A DNA stretch of 62,981 nucleotides, the filler included, from Reticulomyxa filosa (taxonomy: Eukaryota > Protista > Foraminifera): NCBI GenBank assembly GCA_000512085.1. It is 21 parts of 21 records of this genome, joined end to end, with 100 filler letters (N's around TTAATTAATTAA, not from the genome) between each part and the next. Parts side by side here need not be neighbours in the genome. Positions count along the whole stretch, not along the records: positions 48,240 to 53,777 come from ASPP01008759.1; positions 53,878 to 54,995 come from ASPP01041749.1; positions 55,096 to 58,866 come from ASPP01028974.1; positions 58,967 to 61,609 come from ASPP01023208.1; 17 more parts are not named here. The stretch is one strand, 5' to 3'. The notes under the pieces were generated by a model that was given only the letters and a program-made list of their open reading frames with translations, was not told the origin of the DNA and did not search any database. Of the stretch, positions 49,917 to 61,609 are shown piece by piece (position 1 is the stretch's first letter; every line of letters starts with the position of its first letter). A program made the position numbers and the translations under genes.

Positions 49917-51691
49917 TTATGTAATCAAATAATAAATTATTATCTTACCAAAAAAAATACTTTGTCTTCCTTCACTTACCCCCCTTCCCTTACTCCCCCT
50001 TTTTTTTTTTTGGTTTTGCAATAGAATTGAACCGTCGTCGAGCAACGGTTCAACAGGAAATTGACACAATTGATGAAAAGGCGCAACGTGTAGTGAACTT
50101 ACTCTCAGACACGGAAAACATTGAAAAACTAGTGAATCAAAAGCAATTGACAGCCCAATATTTGAGCGAAAGCTACGATGTGTCTTCGGAGGATGTCGAG
50201 CTGTTGTTCGATTGGTGCCGCGTGAGGTATCAATGTGGTGTATATCAATACACCGACATTATGTTGGATTATTATCACAGCTTGACAAAAGATGCCAATC
50301 GATCTTATCGAGCTTTGTGGGGAAAACTTGTTTGTGAAATCTTGCAAGTTCAGTGGTGCCCTTTTTTTTTTTGTATAATTTTTTTTAAAAAAAAAAAAAA
50401 TTAATTAATCAATGAAGAGGAGGTACTCAAGTAAACGAGCCAATACCTTATTACTTTAAAATAAATTCAATCAAATCAAATAAATACATAATTTGATTGA
50501 TAAAAAAAATTTTCTCTCTTTCACGCAACTACGCATCTTTTTTTTATTATTATTTGTTTGTGACAGAACAAATGGGATCAAGCCTTGTTAAGTATTCAAA
50601 CAATTCGGCAGTTTTTGGATCAACTGAGCAAAAATGCGGTACCTTCGTCGGGTGAGTCAGAGCTACCAGATCGTCTGCCTGCCACTCCCTCGCAAATAAT
50701 GAACGCGAGATCGTGGTTGATGCATCACTCTCTGTTTGTATTTTTCAATAAAGCAGAAACATTGGATGTGCTTATCGAATTTTTTATGAGTGATTCATTC
50801 ATCAACTGCATTCAAACCATGGCCCCTTATTTGCTGCGATATTTGACTGTGGCCATTTTAATCAGCGAAAAAGACAGAAATAGCAAAATGAAATATTTGA
50901 ATGATGTGTCTCGATTTATTGCCGAGGTGTGTCTTTCGCTATGCAAGGAGATAGATAGACTTTAGAGAACAGCACAACTAGGAATTAAAATATCAATTCC
51001 ACATATTTATGTTGTGTGCAAATTATATATTATAACATATGAATATATAACACATGCATTACTTTACATATAAATTTAAATAAATATATGTATACGTTAT
51101 ATATGCTTGGTCAGGAAGAATATGCATTCAAAGACCCAATCACAGAGTTCATTCGTTTGTTAATTCGAACAAATGACTTTGATGGTGCGTCAAAAATGTT
51201 GGAAAAATCGATCCAAATCATTCAAAGAGATTTCTTCTTGTGGTATTATCAAGAATACTTTAAAGAATATGCTCGCTTGGTTTTCTTTAAGAAATATTGC
51301 CGCTTGTACAGTCGAATTGATGTCAAGTTTAGTTGCTTATTTTGTTTTACCGAACAGTGTCTGTATTTCAAAATTTTGTCTTGCACTCCCACGACACTGC
51401 ATTACGTTGCCTCATTGTATGCTTTTCTCTCTATTGTTTCAAAATCTTACTAGCAATTTGGCCAAGTTGTTGTTGATGAAAGATGAAATGACAACTGACA
51501 AGATTCAGTCCTGGATCATTAACGCAGTTAGAACAGAAGAAATTGATGCCAGATTGGATGTTGTCAAAAACGTTGTTCATATCAACTTTTCTGACACCAA
51601 TGCTTATCAACTTACTGTTGAGAGAACACGCGCAATGAATGCTAGAACCATTGAATTAGTCCGTCAGTTGTATGACAGATTTCCAAAGTAA
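49393..51691 (+). CDS. EIF3E: Eukaryotic translation initiation factor 3 subunit E (Int-6), six exons
   Basis: FDLT...LDPHLVLHLLDFL, YQCGVY, ALWGKL, RSWLMHHSLFVFFN, IQTMAPYLLRYL, KDPITEF, DFDGA, DFFL and the PCI tail WIINAVR...DARLD. Introns 49879-50024, 50348-50566, 50927-51114 and 51327-51453 restore the frame. Confidence 0.95.
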
Positions 51692-52185
51692 CAAATCCAC
51701 CTTTTTTGCTTATTGAATTTATAATTTTTTTTTGGTATGTTTTGTTTTAATAACGTCTTGTCAACAAAAAAATCATTAATTTTTGACAGACCCATCCATA
51801 ATTTCATAAAACGAAGGCAATGATAATGTCTTCTTTTATTGAACTACGGTCAGTGCAAATTCTTCTTTTGCTCAAATTTACCTTTGTGAGTAGTGTGTAT
51901 CTCTTCTGTCATTGCTGCAGACTTGATTTTCGTTTCGATATGGCAATTGTTTTATAAAAATCACAGGCTTTGTACGCAATTTTTATTGAAATTCAATATA
52001 TTGGAAACTGAATGCAAAGATCTTTAAAAATTGCAGAAAGGATTGTTTTTCATTTTTTAAAATGAATAAAATACAATATTTGCCAACACTGTTCGTGGAT
52101 GTATGACCACATCAGCAAAATTTTTACTTCTTCTCATAAGCCAAGTCATCAACTCTAAAAAACAAAGACAAAATAAAAAAAAATT

Positions 52186-53735
52186 TTATGTTGATTCGAG
52201 TGAACCTGATTTAACATCAAAAATGCCTCCATTGGGAGTGGGTAACATTTCCATTGAATTTGGATGATTATTGGGTAAATGAATGAATTGTTGATCTTTT
52301 TCATTATCAGTTGGAGTAGCAGTAACAGTAATGTCTGTATCCCATTCATTACTATCATTTCCTTCACTTTCGAGATGTTGCGTGTGAGTATCAACTTCCT
52401 TTGTCAGTGCAATTTCAGGTGTGGATTTTGTCTGTTTTGCAATTGATGTTGGTTGAGGCAATGGAGCAGGGTCAATGATACCTAGCGTGGCTTTCAACAT
52501 CATTTTCTTATCCGAATTCAGATCCTGACTATCCAAAAAATTTATTATGGTAGAGTCTTGCATTCCGAATTCTTTCATATTGTGAGTTATTGCTGCCAAT
52601 TGGCTAAATGTTATTTCTCTGTTTCTTCGATCTGCCTCCATTTGTTCTTGTGTACTGTGCCACCTTTGCATGATTGGATATTTCTTAAGCTCTTGTTTTA
52701 AACTATCGCAAAACGCTTCTTTCCAAAAAGTTTCCGATTTCCACAAGTGATGATGTTTTATTAGATCCACCAAAAATATTTTGTCTTGTTTTGGTAAGAG
52801 AGAGCGAGAGGAGGAAGAAACTGCCTGTATTTCAACTTTATCCCCAGTATTTGGACTCGTCTCTTCTTTTTTTTCGTTTTCGACGTTATCATCTTGCACA
52901 TTGGGTGGTGAGGAAGCTTCATTTATTTGACTTCTATAAACAAACAAAGCAAGAATGGGGAGAATAAATGAATAAAAACAGAGAGAGTTGTAAAATTAAA
53001 GGAAGAAAAAAGAGGAGAAAAAAAAAAAAAGATTCAAAACTCGGATGATCGCAATAGAGTGTCAGTCGAAGTGATAGTAGTAGTCGAGGTTGTGTTATTT
53101 GCAGGAGTTTGTAATAGTATTTTTTCTTGAAACTTCGGATCATCCGCCACACTGTCTTTGCGCACATACAGAGACTGGGTCATAATCATAACTAACTTTG
53201 CAGGCTTGACATCAATTGGATTGTGTTTTTCAACACTGTCACAAAACAATTCCACCAAATTGGCCAACTCAAGGAATTGTATCTTTCCTAATTCCAGTCC
53301 TGTTGTCGTGTTCGTATTTTAAGGGATTGTTATTCTATTTTTATGCTTTTGATAAATATATATATGTATATACATATATATATATTATGTATTCATATAC
53401 ACATTATATAACATGTATAAACATAATATACTCACCATGATCGGCATTTCTTTGTCGATTCAATAAGATGGCAAATGCCATTCTCCCTTCCACAGAATTC
53501 AAAGACTGCAGACACTGTGATTTCAGGTCCTGAAACTCTTCGTCGTTCAACTCCACGACTGGGGAAGAGGGTTGGTCCGTCGCATTTGCATTGGGACTGT
53601 CTCGAGGAGGCCCCTCTTTGCTTAACAGTTCCGGATCCCTTCCCAGTATCTTGCTCATCACCAAACGCCATTTCGCACACCACTTGTTCAATTCTGGCGT
53701 GTCTTCCACAGGTTCAGGTGGTTCAGATCGCAGGA
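52186..53735 (-). CDS. SBF2/MADD-like (DENN-associated) C-terminal region, three exons, 5' partial
   Basis: GRMAFAILLNRQR, AKLVMIMTQSLY, IKHHHLWKSETFWKEAF, ITFSQLAAITHNMKEFG. Confidence 0.65.
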
Positions 53736-53737
53736 TT

Positions 53738-53777
<40 letters not shown>

Positions 53778-55095
53778 NNNNNNNNNNNNNNNNNNNNNNN
53801 NNNNNNNNNNNNNNNNNNNNNTTAATTAATTAANNNNNNNNNNNNNNNNNNNNNNNNNNNNNNNNNNNNNNNNNNNNATCTTTGTTCTTCAAGCCGTGAT
53901 GAGGAATATAGAAAATTATGTCGAATTCTTGTTCATTCTTCTTTGTCTTGATATTGTTTTCAATATCCATTTCTGATTTCGTGTGTTGACTTGATCTTTG
54001 TGACAATACCAAATAACTCATTCAACATATCCGATTTTGTTCTATGTTTCAATGTCACATCGAATCCTTTAGAATTACAATCGGTACAATCACAAGTTTG
54101 AGAATTTGCTTGCTCCATCTTTTTAAACAGCAAACAAAAGTTTTAAAGCTCCTGTTTGCTGATAAAGCAGAATTTCTTTTATGAACATGTGTTTCTATTG
54201 GCCTGCTAGCCTTGCCAACGGCTTTCTCGTTAGCACCTCGTTTGATAAAATGCTCTTTCTTTTAACCGCACGCGCCTCAAAATCTGTGAAGTTTACACCA
54301 TCCAAAAATAAATTGCAACAAGTACGTTGCCAGAGGGTAACAAAAGAGTTGAAAGCCATACTCAAATCACAATATTACAAAATCTAACTATAAAAAATCT
54401 TTATATCACTATAAAAAAAATTTCACTAGTTGAAATTACTTCGAATTTTGTATTGCGATATCTAGTAAGTTGAAAATTGTCGACTTTTTCATGATCTTTC
54501 ATATCTTTCGAAATATTTGCTTTGCTTTCTAGATCTTGCTAATCTTTCACGATTATAGTCGATTGTAGATTTTTTTTTATGTTAAATATCCAAGTTTCCT
54601 CGCAGCTTTTCCACACTTAATTAATATTTGGATAAGTCATGTTAGAATCCAGAAACAATCCAAGATAGCACCAGGAAATCAACTCCAGAATCTTCTAACT
54701 CATTCTGGAGTGAAGTTGGCCGGACATGAATCTTATTCCACTCAAAGAAAAATGAAAGCAACACAAGACAAGTTCAACCAATTTGATTAAGATAAACTTT
54801 TGAAAAAAAGTTATATTTTGAAGGAAGGCAAGCACAGAACAACTAGATACTGCAACATCTAGCAGTATCTGAAAGAAGCTCGAAGTTAATCTTCGATTAT
54901 TAACAAAAAAAATAAATTATGAACAACAATTTTCGTCATCAACAAAATTGTGGTGAAAACAGAAACAAAGAAAATAATTTCACGACTAAAAAAAANNNNN
55001 NNNNNNNNNNNNNNNNNNNNNNNNNNNNNNNNNNNNNNNTTAATTAATTAANNNNNNNNNNNNNNNNNNNNNNNNNNNNNNNNNNNNNNNNNNNN

Positions 55096-57296
55096 GTTAT
55101 TGTCATTGTTATTGTCATTGTTGTCGTTATTGTTATTGTTATTGTCCTCGTCATCGTCATCGTCTCTGTTTTTGCTCGACACAATGGCGGTTTGCCCATG
55201 GTCTTGTCGTGGAGGAGAGCGATCGCGATTGGCTCGGGAAGACGATAGCGATTTGTGATGGTTGGTGTTGTCAAATTTCTTTCGGAATTCTTGCTGCGAC
55301 TTTTCCCATTCCACCTTCAATTGGTTCGTCGGTGTTTCTACAATCTTTGCAGAGGCCACGTTGCGCTTCGAGTCGCGAGGCTTGAAGCGCACGGCCTTGT
55401 TTGGATTTTTTTTTTTTTGGACGTATGTTTTCAACGCCCGGAAATGAATCATCCGACAAATATTGACTGTCTTTGTCCTGATCTCGTTCTTGTTCCTTTT
55501 CGTTTCCATTTTCATTATCATTATTGTTATCATTATCATTGTCATTGTTATTATTATTGTCGTTTTCGTCGGGCTCGAAGCGAGCCGTGCTTTCCATCGT
55601 CAACTTGCCCTTTGATGAACGCACGTCTGCGAACGTAATATCGTCGTGTCCGATCGTTGGATGGGCCACAAAGTCATCGCTGTATTTGGCGCCAGCAAGT
55701 GGCCCAAGTGTGTGATGACTAACAATGCTGGATGACGCTCTTTCTTTTACGCTCGGAGTTGGGAGTTCTGCCATTTTCGTCTTGTTTTTTCCAATTTACA
55801 AAAACAAACAAACACTTGCATAGTCTTCACATACATATATGTATATGTATATCCATGTGGAAAAATGAAAAGGTAACTTTAATTTGTTCACGTTCGACAG
55901 GAGTGACCATTTGATCATCCAATTGAAAATCCCGCAGGTCGTCTTGAATAAAAATATCCCTCAATTCAAATAAGCATTTGAAGCGGTAATTTTCTTCAAC
56001 ACAAATCGGGTTTTCATTTAAACGCAAGCATTCCAAATTCGGCAATTTGCGCAATGGTTGAATGTTTTGCAGTTTTGATATTATGTTGTATCGCAAGTCT
56101 AGTGTCTATTCATGTTTACAATTAATTATTTACATTAAAATATTGGCTTTACCAATTGAGATATGCATATATATATATAAATGTATAAAATATAAAAATG
56201 TAAATATATGTACACATATATGCATATATATGTATTTAAAATGATTAATATATAAACCTGTAATCCAAACAATCTCCACAAATCACCAATGTCATCGATT
56301 CTGTTCTGCTGCAAATTGAGATGACAGACATTGCCAATGACCAAGTGAATATTACGTACATAACGAATTTCATTGCAACTCAAGTCAATGTCGGTGAGTT
56401 GGAAGCACTCCTCCAGGTTGCAAATTTCGCGAATGCTGTTGAAGCTGAGATTCAGGTGTTTCAATTGGATCAGTCGTTTCAGACACTTGTGCATAAAGTT
56501 GATTTTGCAATTGCTGGCCCGAAGATACGTCAACTGCGGCCAGTCACTCACGCTGATAGAACTGAGACTGCTGTACGTTCGCAAAGGAGCAACGCGATCG
56601 TCCTTGTCCAACGACGGTCCCTTTTTCAATAGCGACAAATCCACGGACCGTTCGTACTCTCCTCTCCCATTCGTCAACGACTTGTCGTCAAAGTACTCGG
56701 ACCCATCACCGCCATATTCAGATTCGTTATCCAAGGATCTGTTCTGCCAGTCAACAAAACACATACACATACACGTACGCGTTAACATCCACGAAGCTCA
56801 ACTACAGTCCATTAAAAAAAAAAAAAAAAAAAAAAAGTCAAATAAAAATGAAAACGAATGGGAATCAACTCTTTTATCAATAAAATGGAAAATGAAAAAT
56901 GAAAACGGAAACTCATTGTGTGGTTCCAATAAATGAAATAGCTCTCGAATGCCGTTTTCCATGATCAAACATTTCAAAGACTTTCGCAGACGCCCGATGG
57001 AATGGAAACGACGTATTTCGACGTTTGTGACGGTGAGTGCCTCCAATCTCGTGAAAATGTACAAATCCAACACGCGGGACTTGCGCTTTCTCTCTTCCAC
57101 CATTGCTCGCAGTGATAAGTCGGCCGTGTCAAACGGTTGTTTCAGTCCCAATATATACTGTCCTTCTTCCATCGATATCACCGGTGGAGTTACGCACAAA
57201 CACATTACTTTCATCAGACACTCGCGCAAACGAAGGAATTGCTCCAGGCCTTCTTTCTTCAATTCCACGCGAGCAACGCGTCGCACTTCACTCACG
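55096..57296 (-). CDS. STK11IP/nischarin-like leucine-rich-repeat region (3' part of a larger gene)
   Basis: LDLYIFTRLEAL...LRKSLKCLI, WPQLTYLRASNCKI, LKHLNLSFNSI, LTDIDLSCNEI, LNLQQNRI, LDLRYNII, LRLNENPIC...YR (LRRcap), then a low-complexity tail. Confidence 0.82.
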
Positions 57297-57501
57297 CTAC
57301 ACAAACATTCGATTCCATCATACAGTCGAAGAAAATCCAAAAAACATGTATTATATATGTACATATACAATGAAAGAGACACAATATACTGGTATTGCTC
57401 TTTCCTTTATTTGCTTGTTTGTTGGAAGAGGGAGAAAAGCAAGGGATAGCAATTAACTTTTAAAAAACACACAAGTACACGCACAAACATAATCACATAA
57501 C

Positions 57502-58414
57502 GATTTGTGATGATGAGAAATAGAAAATGTTTCCAATCGAAATGAATTCACTGGTGGCAATTTCAATTTTGCACCTTTTTTGTTGTTGTTGTTGTCAATC
57601 CACAAACAAGTCAATCACTCTTTTTTTTTAATATAAAAAAAAAAACTAAACAAAACGCGTTGCACTTGTGTATTTTGACAAATTCGTCAAAAGCTTGTTT
57701 GCCTCGGTTGCCTGGACCATAAATATTTCCTTCTGATGACGAGTGCACTTGGGGCTCACTTTGATTTCCAAATGAATTTGTATTTTTGTATTGTTGTTGT
57801 ATTGACACAAAGAAAGAAAGAAAGAAAGAGAGGAAGAGAGAAGGGAACAAAAAACGAACGTGCAAAAGCCACTTCCAACACTTCCAACTTTTTTATAGTC
57901 GGTGATAAGAAAGTTCTTTTTGGAGTGATGAAAGACAAAGTGTGCAAAGGAGTTTTTGATTTCAGCACTCATGGTTTTCTCTCCATACGGCATTGTATTT
58001 TCAACCATTTTTTGCATTGGTTGGTCAAACTCGGGGATGTATTCCTCCACATAACACAATATTGCACCGTGACGATTTTTTAATTGCAACACGAATGGCT
58101 TCAAAAAGTGCAATGGCTTTGGGATATCTTTTTTGTTTCATGTTATTATTGTATTCATTGTTGTTGTTGTTGTTATTATCCAATGTTGTCAATGCAAAAC
58201 AAAGATCAAAACATTTGGAAAATGCATCTCCGAAATATTTGGCAATGTAAAAACATCTCAATCGATCCCAGAACGATGTGCGATCCCACTCGGTGCCGCT
58301 CTGGGCCACAGCAGCTACGCCTTTGCTGATACGAGCGCCACTAAAGAGGGGTGATCGAAAAGAGCGTATTGTGCTTGTTTCGTCATTGTCTTTATCCATT
58401 TATCCCACAACAAC

Positions 58415-58446
<32 letters not shown>

Positions 58447-58745
58447 GAATACAATGTTTGTTCACTCATTTCGATATACACACAAACCTTCGACCAACTC
58501 CGGATCCACATCAGTACAGCGAACCATTCGACATACAAACGACTTCATTTTATTTTTCGGCGACAAATCTTTGAGATGAAACAATAGATAGTGTTGTCCA
58601 ACGTAAAATGGAGTGATGTGTATTTTCACTTCTGTTTTCGTGCTTTTCAGTTTGTGTCCTTCACAACTCCATTTTTTAGCCGTTTCCGCATCCGCATTAT
58701 CCCACAATACATTCAATCTGCCACTGGTCAACATTTCGGGCAAAG
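57502..58745 (-). CDS. Alpha-kinase (eEF2K/MHCK-type) domain, catalytically divergent (5' part of the same gene)
   Basis: AKYFGDAFSK|YIPKPLHFL, VEEYI, SFAHFVFHHS, ITDYKKV, CT|EPQVHS, YGPGNRG, HKCNAF|CAKLKL. Confidence 0.8.
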
Positions 58746-59427
58746 CTTTATTTTTTAAAAAATGTATTAAAATTGGCGTGGTACACACATATGCATATAT
58801 GGCGTATATGCAATCAAACAAAAGGATAATAAAAAAAAAAACAATGGTATGATATACCCATATTTGNNNNNNNNNNNNNNNNNNNNNNNNNNNNNNNNNN
58901 NNNNNNNNNNTTAATTAATTAANNNNNNNNNNNNNNNNNNNNNNNNNNNNNNNNNNNNNNNNNNNNGTTGGATATCGTTTGTGGATTCTGCATAAAAACA
59001 ACATTAGTTACGGTTTTGTCAAAAAATGTATGCAATGGCAGAATTTCCATCAAAGAGACGCGATTTTAGAGAACATGGAATGGGCTGCTATGTAAATTTC
59101 ACAGCATGTGTTAAGAGTTTCTTGGACATTTTGAATATTTTTAACGTAGACTTGAGACAGGTTCATAAGTGTTGTGTTTATCCAAAAAAAATGGAAGCAT
59201 CGTTGAGAATATATGGAGAGTATTTTTTTTGACAATTTCACTTCAACAATTGTTATCCATTAGTAAAAAAAAAAAACCAAAAAGCAAGTGCTTACCCAAT
59301 TCAACATCGACATTGAGCATGCACTGTTCAAATTGCAAAAATGAAAAACTTTGCAAATGACATTTTTTTTTTTTTTTTTTGAGTCGGAGAGAAGAAGGGA
59401 GGAAAAAAAAGCACAAAAGAAAATTGG

Positions 59428-60722
59428 TCAAGTGTCAACCATATCCCATTCATTACTTTCATCACTATCCTCCTTTTTAGTTTCCGAATTTGGAGCCGTT
59501 TTTGTGTCTGAATGAGGTTGCTTTTGCGTGTCATAAAGAGAAGTGACGGCTTTGGTTTTCACATTTGTCAGCGTACTTTTCATTTGTTCGAAAGCTTTGG
59601 TGGCTGCCTTTGTGAGTCCAGCAGTTTCAGCCAAAGAAGAAAAGATGTCGTACGTAGAATGAGAACGCGACTGAAGCACAGAGGAAGAAGCAGACAAAGG
59701 CGCAGGAGAAGTGGAGTTTTGAAGTGGCAATTCCTTCTTCGCGTCATTGAGTCCTTTGACATTGTCGCGATGATGAGTCATCGTATTGGCATTGTTGTGA
59801 GTATTGTTGTGAGTATTGTTGTGAGTATTGTTGTGAGTAGTCGTAGTAGTAGTAGTAGTAGTATTGGTAGTAATAGTATTAGAGTTACCAGGATCACGTC
59901 CAGTGTTATTGGAATGATTCATAGACTCATGTTTAGAATTGTGTTCCAACGTTTGGATAGGAGGTTTGTTTGGAATGGAAGACGACTTGCTGTTCGAATG
60001 TGCAAATGGAATAAGAGCATTGTTTGTCTTTGTCGGTTTCGTCGATTGGGGCAAATTGGATTCGATGGTTGCAAGAGGATGTTGTTGTTGTTGATGACAA
60101 TGTGTAGTACTAGTAGTAGTAGTAGGAGTAGTAGTAGTAGTAGTAGTAGTAGGAGGAGGAGGAGGAAGAGGCTTGGATAATCTCTTGACATTTTGTTGAT
60201 GCTTCACAAGAAAAAGAGCGTCTTGCTGTTGCCACTTGGACTCATAATCGTGCTGCAACTCGCGCAGATGACGCATGAAATGGAGCAGGTTTTGCACAAA
60301 AGTAAAGTAGCCAATGTCTTGTCGTGACATTCCGATGCTGATGCAAATGTGACGAATGTTCGCCTCCAAATGCAGCAACGCCACTGCGAACTCGTGATTG
60401 TCCGCAAATCGAGGCTGCTCTTTCCCGTCTTTGTCGACGATGCTTATGTTTTCGATTACTTTGATAGCATGTTCTCGTTTGCGTTTTTTGGCATGTTTAT
60501 CTTTCTGTTTTTTGCATTTGCATTTGTGTTTGTGTTTGTGTTTGTGTTTCGAGGTTGGTGGAATTGTATATATTCTTAGCTGATTCCTTGGATGAAGGAC
60601 TCGCTTTATTACAATCGCCGTCATCCAAGAGCATTGCTCCTTGTGGCATGGACGCAGACCTCTTTCGCATTCCATGTTCGCCAAGATATCACCGCCATTG
60701 CGATTGTCTGTGCTCGCTTGCG

Positions 60723-60766
<44 letters not shown>

Positions 60767-61562
60767 GAATTGACTTTGGTCGGAAGAATAGCATTAGTAC
60801 TCATGCGTCTACGATTAACCTTGTCCAACGCATCCAAGGCCTTTGTTTTGGACACATTGATATCCACATTGGTGAATGTGGTGAGTGGCATCTGCTTCAG
60901 ATTGGACTCGGTGATATCGTTCCAGTACAGACGGAATATGTCACTGGATTGCTGATCCTCCACATATGCATGCAGCACGAGCACATTCGACGGGTCACGA
61001 TGGAACAAATGCATGGGGTACAGCAAGTCAATGTTCAAGTATCGACTTATGCTAAGACACAGCATTACAATGCTTTCCAACGCCGCACAGCCCGCATGTT
61101 CCGGATGAGGTTCTAATGGGATTAACCAATCCCCCATTCAAAACAACAACTTTGTTCCCTTTTTTTTTTTAAAAAAAAAAAACAATACAACTCAGTTTCT
61201 ACTAAAACGATGTCTCCATCCACTCTGCTTTTCTTTTTCTTTACTTTCCGACGCGTTGATATTTTCCCCCTTTGCTTTTGCCTTCTCTCTTTCTCTTTTA
61301 TCTCTTGCCTTTTCCTTTTCCTTAATCGCCGTCAGCTTCTTGTCCAGCAGCACAGGATTCAAGCTGGTGTGCTGCTTGTAGCTCGGGGCTATCTGTTCGT
61401 CCTTGCCATGGAGCACGCACAGTGTAGAATTGGAAATGCTAATGTTGTCAGTGCTCTTTTGGCATTCCATGCTATCGTTGCTGGTCATGCTGTCGCCGCC
61501 ATCGGGTTGAATGTCCTCACTGCAGCTGCTGGTACCACTGCTGCTGCAAGTGCTATGACTGC

Positions 61563-61609
<47 letters not shown>
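59428..61609 (-). CDS. UVRAG/Vps38/ATG14-like PI3K-complex subunit, C-terminal part, 5' partial
   Basis: AALESIVMLCLSISRYLNIDLLYPM and FAVALLHLEANIRHICISIGM...FVQNL match the UVRAG/Atg14 C-terminal pattern. Long low-complexity inserts. Confidence 0.6.

Noticed and set aside
52325-52360. SNEWD peptide shared with the end of the 59428 gene
   Set aside because: Short match between unrelated proteins. The SBF2-like copy (WDTD) lacks the LIR hydrophobic +3 residue, so this is likely chance.
59512-61116. Plus-strand ORFs of 100-220 aa with poly-I/Y/S tracts
   Set aside because: Antisense shadows of the UVRAG/ATG14-like exon.
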